Of a DNA stretch of 64,000 bases, positions 57,570 through 64,000 are shown piece after piece. This DNA is from Candidatus Omnitrophota bacterium (GTDB lineage Bacteria > Omnitrophota > Gorgyraeia > Zapsychrales > Zapsychraceae). Position 1 is the first letter of the stretch; each line of letters starts with the position of its first letter. Both the position numbers and the translations under genes were made by a program. Location of the stretch: positions 1,150,361-1,214,360 of the forward strand of contig JBFWOS010000001.1 of assembly GCA_050250375.1 (NCBI GenBank). Reading direction: 5' to 3'. A model generated the notes under the pieces. It made no database searches and was not told where the DNA came from. It saw only the letters and a program-made list of their open reading frames with translations.

Positions 57570-58948
57570 CTAATCTATATTTCAAAGCTTTTCAGGCATT
57601 AATTATTCCCTTGATCCTCGGGTACTCAGTCCTGTTAACTTTTTTTAAAAACCTTCGCCTGCCTTTTCGGCTTGCTTGCCCTTTAGCCTATGGATTAGGT
57701 ATGGGCCTATTGACACATGTCATGTTAATTTATGGAATTTTTAACGTCAGCTATAGTATTAAGACGATTGGTTTACCTCTAATGTTTATTTCCATGGCCT
57801 TTCTATTATTCAATCGACGTTCAAATTCCAACAATATTGATCAATTTGATCTGTTCCCTACTCCAAAGCTAAATCTAGAATATCGTATTTTGCTAATCTT
57901 AGGAATAGCATATATTTTGTATATCGTTTTTTATGTTTTCTGGGAAACTTTCAATATTCCTCTTAAAGATTGGGACGCTGTATCATTCATCGCATATAAA
58001 GCGATGGTCTTTTATTACGAGAAATCCCTTTACCTTCATTCTGATCTGCCTAATGCCTCCTATCCCTTACACACATCGTTGGCGGAAGCCTGGGTCGCGT
58101 TTAATCTCGACCGATGGGATCATATATTGGTTAAAGCCATTTTTCCAGCTTATTTCATAAGCATGATCAGTATGTTGTATATTTTCTTGAGAACTTGGGT
58201 GTCCAGGCTTCCGGCTGTATTCGGGATTGTATTAATTCTTTCTTCGAACTTTCTAACTTATCACGCGACCAACGGATACAAAGATTTTGTAGTTATGTTT
58301 TATAACTGTTCCGTCATCATACTCTTGATGTTATGGCAAAAAAAACATCATCACGGATTCCTTCTATTGTCCGCTGTCATGGCAGGAATCAGTTCATTTG
58401 TCAAAAATGAAGCTGCACTATACTTGGTCGTCTACTATATCGTGTTTTTTGTCATCCTGTCCCTTGAAAAAAACCTGTTCTTTTTTCAAAAAACAAAAAA
58501 ATTTCTTTCCTTCGTCATTCCCAGCCTGGGAATATGCAGTATTTATCAAATTTATAGAATCACAGCCGGGATAAGCATAAATACCTACGACACAAAAATG
58601 CATTTCAATATTAACCAATTTGACCGGCTACCCGGAATCGCCTTGATGTTTATTAACATATTATTGGCGTCAGCCGGTTGGAACCTCGTGTGGTTTTTAT
58701 TCTTCCTTTCATTGATTCAATACCCAAAAATTGTCAAGAACAAGAGCCTTTGTACGATCGTCCTGAGCGTATTCGCCTTTCTTGGATTGTATGCTGTAGG
58801 CTTGCTAGTTTCTCCTCAATATGAATTTTTCAAAGAAGTTTCACAATTCACCGTACTATCGCGTGTTGTCCTGCATTTTTTCCCGCTCTCAGCACTGGCT
58901 GTTATTCTGATTAACGGTATTAATGACGATGAGAATATTCGATCATAG
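57566..58948 (+). CDS. GT-C-like multi-pass membrane glycosyltransferase
   Basis: WDA....YKA, YP and VKNEA motifs; about 11 TM helices. Confidence 0.7.
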   Translation: MTNLYFKAFQALIIPLILGYSVLLTFFKNLRLPFRLACPLAYGLGMGLLTHVMLIYGIFNVSYSIKTIGLPLMFISMAFLLFNRRSNSNNIDQFDLFPTPKLNLEYRILLILGIAYILYIVFYVFWETFNIPLKDWDAVSFIAYKAMVFYYEKSLYLHSDLPNASYPLHTSLAEAWVAFNLDRWDHILVKAIFPAYFISMISMLYIFLRTWVSRLPAVFGIVLILSSNFLTYHATNGYKDFVVMFYNCSVIILLMLWQKKHHHGFLLLSAVMAGISSFVKNEAALYLVVYYIVFFVILSLEKNLFFFQKTKKFLSFVIPSLGICSIYQIYRITAGISINTYDTKMHFNINQFDRLPGIALMFINILLASAGWNLVWFLFFLSLIQYPKIVKNKSLCTIVLSVFAFLGLYAVGLLVSPQYEFFKEVSQFTVLSRVVLHFFPLSALAVILINGINDDENIRS

Positions 58949-59653
58949 AAACAACTTGCCAATAGCCGAACATACGGCCGTTTCCACTTTTAAAATCCGT
59001 TCCCCCATTGAAAAAGTCTTGAGCCCTAATTTCTGCAACATTTCAATTTCATAAGGAATAAATCCTCTTTCCGGGCCGATCATCAAAGTGACCGGACCAT
59101 AAACCGCTTTAAGAGAAGCGTGGGGTATGACCGGGTGTGCAATCAAGGCGGTGCTTCCTTTTATGATCCGGGGAAGCTCATCTTCAACAAACGGTTTAAA
59201 TTTTTTTCTTAAGTTCACGGATGGTAGGATGGTGTCCCTGGCTTGTTCCAGACCGAGGATAAGCTGTTCTTCCATACTCTTTTCGTCCAGCACCGGGGAA
59301 TTCCAATAACTTTTTTCGACTTGATTGGAATGGATCAGAAAAAGGTTCTTAACTCCTAATGTAGTGACGGTCATTAACAGTCGGTTTAATACGATGGGTC
59401 TGGGAAGCGCGAGGATTAAGGTAAGATCAAGAGGACGGGGAGGCTGTTTGTCCAATTTTAGATCTAATTCGACACTCTCTTCTGAAATGTTGACCACCTC
59501 GGCTGTACCAACCAACCCGTTGAGCCGGCCGGCTGTCAAAAGGTCACCCGGAACGCTTTTTAATATTTCTAAAATGTGTTTTAACCGGCGCCCCCTCAGG
59601 ATAACCTTATTCTCTTCAACCTTATCATTTTTATCAATCAATATCAGGTTCAT
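58943..59653 (-). CDS. rsmE: 16S rRNA m3U1498 methyltransferase
   Basis: EQA, IGPERGF and GERILKVETA SPOUT motifs. Confidence 0.9.
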   Translation of the reverse strand: MNLILIDKNDKVEENKVILRGRRLKHILEILKSVPGDLLTAGRLNGLVGTAEVVNISEESVELDLKLDKQPPRPLDLTLILALPRPIVLNRLLMTVTTLGVKNLFLIHSNQVEKSYWNSPVLDEKSMEEQLILGLEQARDTILPSVNLRKKFKPFVEDELPRIIKGSTALIAHPVIPHASLKAVYGPVTLMIGPERGFIPYEIEMLQKLGLKTFSMGERILKVETAVCSAIGKLFL

Positions 59654-59700
59654 ACAAATGTCTCTTAAAGGATTTTCGTTTTAATGCTATACTTTGCCAT

Positions 59701-60747
59701 ATGGACGCTGATTATATCATTGTTGGTCAAGGTCTGGCCGGAACTTTACTCGCCTATAATCTTATTAAAAGAAATCAGTCCATTATTTTTATTGATAATC
59801 AACACTCTACCAGTTCTTCAGCGATGTGCGCGGGGATTATTAATCCCATCACCGGCAAGCGGCTTATTTTAACAGAGGACTTCGCAAAATACCATCAAGA
59901 AGCGGATCTAACTTACCGTGAATTGGAGGACAAACTCAACATAAAATTTTTTTATGAAAAAGAAATTATCCGGTTCTATGATTCACATCAGGAACACAAA
60001 AACTGGAGCGAGCGCAAAGACACAATCATCAGTGCGCCGTATATAAAAGGATACAATCCATACGGACTCTACAGCCGCTGGTTCCAGGATCGTTACGGAA
60101 GCCTTATCATTAAAGGAAACTTATGTGATGCGGCCGCTTTAATTAAAACTTTTTCTGACAAGATTGTCCAAGGGAAAATCATCTGCGAACCTTTTGAATT
60201 CAGTCGTCTGAAAATCAGCCATGATTATGTGGGTTATAAAAACCTCCGCGCCTCAAAAATTATATTTTGTGAAGGTTATAAAGCCGGAAGCAACCCGTAT
60301 TTTCAGAATCTGCCCTTCAAACATGCCAAAGGCGACATATTAACTTTGTCCATTGACCACCTTCCCTTACCGGATAAAATCTTTAATTTTGGCAAATGGA
60401 TTTTTCCGCTGAATGATCAAACTATAAAAACAGGATCGACGTTTTACTGGAGCGACATTAACACCCAACCAACCGAAGAGGGAAAAAACGAAATCCTCAA
60501 CTTCCTGAAACCGATGATTAAATTTCCTTTCAAAGTTATTGACCATCAGGCCGGCGTCCGCCCTGTTATATTAGACCTTGCCCCTGTATTAGGTCTGCAT
60601 CCCCGTCAAACACGGGTAGGCATTTTCAACGGATTAGGCGCCAAGGGGATACTCTATGCGCCCTGGCTCGCCCGCCATTTGGCTGAACATCTGGTTGACG
60701 GAGCACCCCTCGAATCTTACATAAATATAAATAGATTTAGTATTTAA
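59701..60747 (+). CDS. FAD-dependent oxidoreductase (DAO family)
   Basis: IVGQGLAG, AGVRP and NGLGAKG motifs. Confidence 0.88.
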   Translation: MDADYIIVGQGLAGTLLAYNLIKRNQSIIFIDNQHSTSSSAMCAGIINPITGKRLILTEDFAKYHQEADLTYRELEDKLNIKFFYEKEIIRFYDSHQEHKNWSERKDTIISAPYIKGYNPYGLYSRWFQDRYGSLIIKGNLCDAAALIKTFSDKIVQGKIICEPFEFSRLKISHDYVGYKNLRASKIIFCEGYKAGSNPYFQNLPFKHAKGDILTLSIDHLPLPDKIFNFGKWIFPLNDQTIKTGSTFYWSDINTQPTEEGKNEILNFLKPMIKFPFKVIDHQAGVRPVILDLAPVLGLHPRQTRVGIFNGLGAKGILYAPWLARHLAEHLVDGAPLESYININRFSI

Positions 60748-60831
60748 CCAAAAATATTTATATTGTATACTCATATTGTTTAAGAATTAACCATTCTTTA
60801 CTAGGCATGACAAAAATGAACGGGAGTTGCT

Positions 60832-62019
60832 GTGGCAACCAGCATTGGAATCGGGTTTAGTCAAAATATAGATATGCTCGTAGCCGCCCGTGATGCGGCC
60901 TTTGAAGCGAAAACAAAATTACGACAGGATCATATCCATCTGGCGATTGTTTTCAACAGTATCCATTATGATCCGCAAAAGACCCTTCCGGTCATCAACC
61001 AGGTATTAAACAGCCACCGATTGATTGGTTCTTCCACCGCCGGAATAATTTTATCCAACTCTGTAGAAACACGTGGCATTGCCGTATTGACGATTACTTC
61101 GGATGAAATGAATTTCGGTATCGCCAGCTCTGAAGATGCCCCATTAAATGCCCCTTTTTCTGTCGGGGCCAATATCGCTAACGCCGCTATCAAAGATTTC
61201 GGACAAAGCATGCGGCAGATCTTTTTATTTTTTATGGACAGCGAGCTAAGAATCACCTCGGAATTGCTCAAAGGAATGCAAGGCGTTTTCGGGAACATTT
61301 TCCCGATTGTTGGGGCCGGAAGTTCTGACAATTTTCATTTTGGGGAAACATATCAATTGTTTCAAAAAAAAATATATCCCCATTCAGTGACAGGCGTTCT
61401 TATAGGAGGCCAAGCCAGCATCGGAGTTGCCGGCCGACACGGTTGGCGGCCCCTGGGAAAACCGCGCATTATCGATGAAGTTGAATATAATGTCATCAAA
61501 TCCATTGATGGAAAAAAAGCCTCCTCTCTTTATGACGAATATTTCGGACCTTACGCCCAGGATTTGCGCTCACATAAACTCGGACGAATGGCTATCCTAT
61601 ACCCGTTGGGAATTTATATTGAAGGAAGCAATGAGTATCTTTTACGCAATACCGTTGACATTCAGCCCGATGGAAGCATTGTTTGTCAGGGAGATATCCC
61701 TCAGGGCTCGGAAGTCCATATCATGATCGGCAATAAAGATTCTTGTAAATCGGCGGCTTTTAATGCCGCTAAAGAAGCTAAAAATAACCTGTTGGGAAAA
61801 GAACCGAAGCTCGTTCTGATTATCGAATGCCTGTCCCGGCTCCGACTGCTCGGCCGATCTGCCTTTGAAGAGGTCAAACGGGTCAAAGACGTATTCGGAA
61901 ACAATGTCCCTCTTGTAGGAATGTATTCAAACGGTGAGGTCTGTCCATACAAAACCGACGAGCGCTTTAAGCAGCCTCACCATCAAAATGAAAGTATAGT
62001 CGTCGTAGCCATAAGCTGA
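60832..62019 (+). CDS. FIST N/C domain sensory protein (NosP-like)
   Basis: IGSSTAG, HGWRPLG, YPLG and GMYSNGEV..HQNES motifs. Confidence 0.9.
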   Translation: MATSIGIGFSQNIDMLVAARDAAFEAKTKLRQDHIHLAIVFNSIHYDPQKTLPVINQVLNSHRLIGSSTAGIILSNSVETRGIAVLTITSDEMNFGIASSEDAPLNAPFSVGANIANAAIKDFGQSMRQIFLFFMDSELRITSELLKGMQGVFGNIFPIVGAGSSDNFHFGETYQLFQKKIYPHSVTGVLIGGQASIGVAGRHGWRPLGKPRIIDEVEYNVIKSIDGKKASSLYDEYFGPYAQDLRSHKLGRMAILYPLGIYIEGSNEYLLRNTVDIQPDGSIVCQGDIPQGSEVHIMIGNKDSCKSAAFNAAKEAKNNLLGKEPKLVLIIECLSRLRLLGRSAFEEVKRVKDVFGNNVPLVGMYSNGEVCPYKTDERFKQPHHQNESIVVVAIS

Positions 62020-63560
62020 TGATTGAACTGCCCTTAAATATCATAATCGGATTCCTCATCGTCTGTTTTATAGTGTTCGGTGTTTGCTTTTTGATTATTA
62101 ATTCCAAAAACAGACAAATATCCCAATATGAGTTTGCCCTGGCGAAATTAAAACGGTCATTTAACGACCTTGATGAGCAGGCCAAACTGATCGTCAAGAC
62201 CGACCTTGAATTAAATAAGGCCCAGGAAGAATCGGACAAACGTCTGAACGGGCTTGAAGCCCTGCAGAAAACTTCACGAATGATCAGCACGACGCTCGAC
62301 GAAAGTGAAATCTTTCACCGCCTGGATCAGGCTTTTATGACGGATTTGGATTATGAGCGGGCCGTGATCCTGGAATACGATTCAGAAAAAAAACTCCACA
62401 GCCGGGTAATCTTGGGTTTTTCCCAGGAAGGGGTAAAATATGTTATTAACCGCCTTGAAGAAGATGTCAATCTTTTGTCCGCTTTAAAAGAAGGCAACAT
62501 CTTCTCATCCGTAAACTGCCCGATCCAAAGAAAAGAATCCATCATCCGTATATTTGACACAAATCATTTTATTATCTCTCCCGTCCTAACTCAAAATGGT
62601 ATCATCGGGATTGTTTTCGTCGGCAGTCAATCCAATGCCTCACCGGTCACGGATGGAGATGAAGAACTCATTTCAATTCTTTCCAGCCAGATCGGCCAAT
62701 CCCTAGAAAACGCACGGCTATTTGAAGAAGTTTATCGTTCTTCCCAAGTCCTTGAATCAAAAGTCCAGGAAAGAACTAAACAGCTGCAGGAAGCTTTGAG
62801 AGACGTCCAGGATATCAGTAAAACAAAATCTGATTTTATCTCAGCCGTCTCCCATGAACTGCGCACTCCGCTCACTTCCATTAAAGGTTATGCATCAATC
62901 CTAATGGACGGAAAATTAGGTGATATCCCGCTTCAGGTCAAACAGCGCCTTGGAAAAATTAATACCCACTCAGACAATCTTGTCGGATTAATCAATAACC
63001 TGTTGGACATTTCCCGTATCGAATCCGGACGGGTAGAAATGAATTTCGGAAAATGTGAACTAAAAAATATCATCGATAATGTCCGTGACCTTTTGACCCC
63101 TCAAATGAAAGACAAAGAAATAATGTTCCAGACGGATCTTGACCCTCGTGTTCCAACGATGCAGTTAGACAGCAGCCAGATTGAACGGGTTTTTATCAAT
63201 TTAGTCGGAAACGCCATAAAATTCACTCCATTTAAAGGCATCATCAGTATCAAAACGCAGATGAATAACGACATTGCAAATGTTCAGGTGACTGACAACG
63301 GGATCGGCATTCCTGAAGAAGATATCCGGCGGCTATTTGAACAATTTTTCAGAGTCGATAACGAAATCAACCAAAATGTGAAAGGGACCGGTCTTGGTCT
63401 GGCCCTGGCCAAAAAGATTGTTGAAGCCCATGGGGGAACGATGTGGGTTACCAGCATCGTGAAGCAGGGAACTACGTTCCATTTCAACCTGCCTGTCCGG
63501 TCGGAAGAAGACATCGCTAGAATCAAAGAATTACAAACAAAAGGAAACAGCCATGAATAA
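62019..63560 (+). CDS. Sensor histidine kinase (TM, GAF, HisKA, HATPase)
   Basis: SHELRTPL, NAIKFT, DNGIGI and GTGLGL motifs. Confidence 0.95.
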   Translation: MIELPLNIIIGFLIVCFIVFGVCFLIINSKNRQISQYEFALAKLKRSFNDLDEQAKLIVKTDLELNKAQEESDKRLNGLEALQKTSRMISTTLDESEIFHRLDQAFMTDLDYERAVILEYDSEKKLHSRVILGFSQEGVKYVINRLEEDVNLLSALKEGNIFSSVNCPIQRKESIIRIFDTNHFIISPVLTQNGIIGIVFVGSQSNASPVTDGDEELISILSSQIGQSLENARLFEEVYRSSQVLESKVQERTKQLQEALRDVQDISKTKSDFISAVSHELRTPLTSIKGYASILMDGKLGDIPLQVKQRLGKINTHSDNLVGLINNLLDISRIESGRVEMNFGKCELKNIIDNVRDLLTPQMKDKEIMFQTDLDPRVPTMQLDSSQIERVFINLVGNAIKFTPFKGIISIKTQMNNDIANVQVTDNGIGIPEEDIRRLFEQFFRVDNEINQNVKGTGLGLALAKKIVEAHGGTMWVTSIVKQGTTFHFNLPVRSEEDIARIKELQTKGNSHE

Positions 63561-64000
63561 ACCAAAAATTCTTACCGTCGATGATGATCCGGATATCCTG
63601 GATGTTCTTGAATTGACATTATCCGACCTCTACGAAGTCTCACAAGCCGGAAACGGTCAGGAGGGCTTAGCAAAAGTAAAACAATTCATGCCGGATTTAA
63701 TCATTTGTGATTACATGATGCCGGTCATGAATGGTCGAGAATTCTGCAAAGCCTTAAAAAAAGATATTCTCCTAAGGCATGTCCCCGTAATCATGCTGAC
63801 AGGCAAAGGCGAAACTCAAGACCGCATTGGCGGCATTGAAGCCGGAGTCGACGATTATATGATTAAACCTTTTGCCCCGGATGAGTTATTGGCAAGGATT
63901 AAAATGATTCTTCGCAGGACTATCAGCAGCCTTGATGCAAATCCGTTGACCCATCTGCCCGGCAACACCTCCATCATGGAAGAAATTCAGACCTCGATTA
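63553..64000 (+). CDS. Response regulator with probable C-terminal GGDEF domain (partial)
   Basis: Manual translation: MNKPKILTVDDD..DYMMP..MLT..KPF..LDANPLTHLPGN; truncated by the window end. Confidence 0.85.
   Translation, partial: MNKPKILTVDDDPDILDVLELTLSDLYEVSQAGNGQEGLAKVKQFMPDLIICDYMMPVMNGREFCKALKKDILLRHVPVIMLTGKGETQDRIGGIEAGVDDYMIKPFAPDELLARIKMILRRTISSLDANPLTHLPGNTSIMEEIQTSI

Noticed and set aside
1-64000. CRISPR array, prophage or IS element
   Set aside because: No regularly spaced direct repeats and no integrase, transposase or phage structural genes recognised.

Overview
Bacterial chromosomal window, mostly minus-strand genes. The gene content and Chlamydia/spirochaete-type V-ATPase suggest a PVC-superphylum organism such as Omnitrophota; this is an inference. 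Housekeeping content: Lrp/aminotransferase, pabBC, V/A-type ATPase (E-C-A-B-D-I-K), a split pyr operon with a PyrR attenuator, mutM, rsmI, glmS, trmB, rsmE, tRNA-Val(TAC) and tRNA-Asp(GTC). Accessory content: an aminosugar/FkbH-ACP glycan-modification cluster, four GT-C-type membrane glycosyltransferases, a MORN-repeat PAS-GAF-GGDEF cyclase and a FIST/kinase/response-regulator operon. The best candidate for an undescribed system is at 18.2-26.2 kb. It encodes a secreted CBM-like protein, an ECF sigma factor, a soluble zinc-finger anti-sigma, a membrane-anchored caspase-like CHAT protease (His/Cys dyad intact, external TPR domain) and a 1273-aa secreted GH5 enzyme carrying two copies of the same CBM-like domain. 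An ECF-type promoter motif (TTAGA-N15/16-CGTCTAATA) lies in front of both the anti-sigma/CHAT pair and the GH5 gene. Other oddities: an independently promoted non-canonical tRNA-like RNA, a covarying hairpin element behind both tRNAs, an orphan bL27 lacking its conserved N-terminal tail, and tandem NrdR-like boxes inside the pyr region. No CRISPR array, integrase or transposase was seen. All calls come from reading the sequence; no searches were run.
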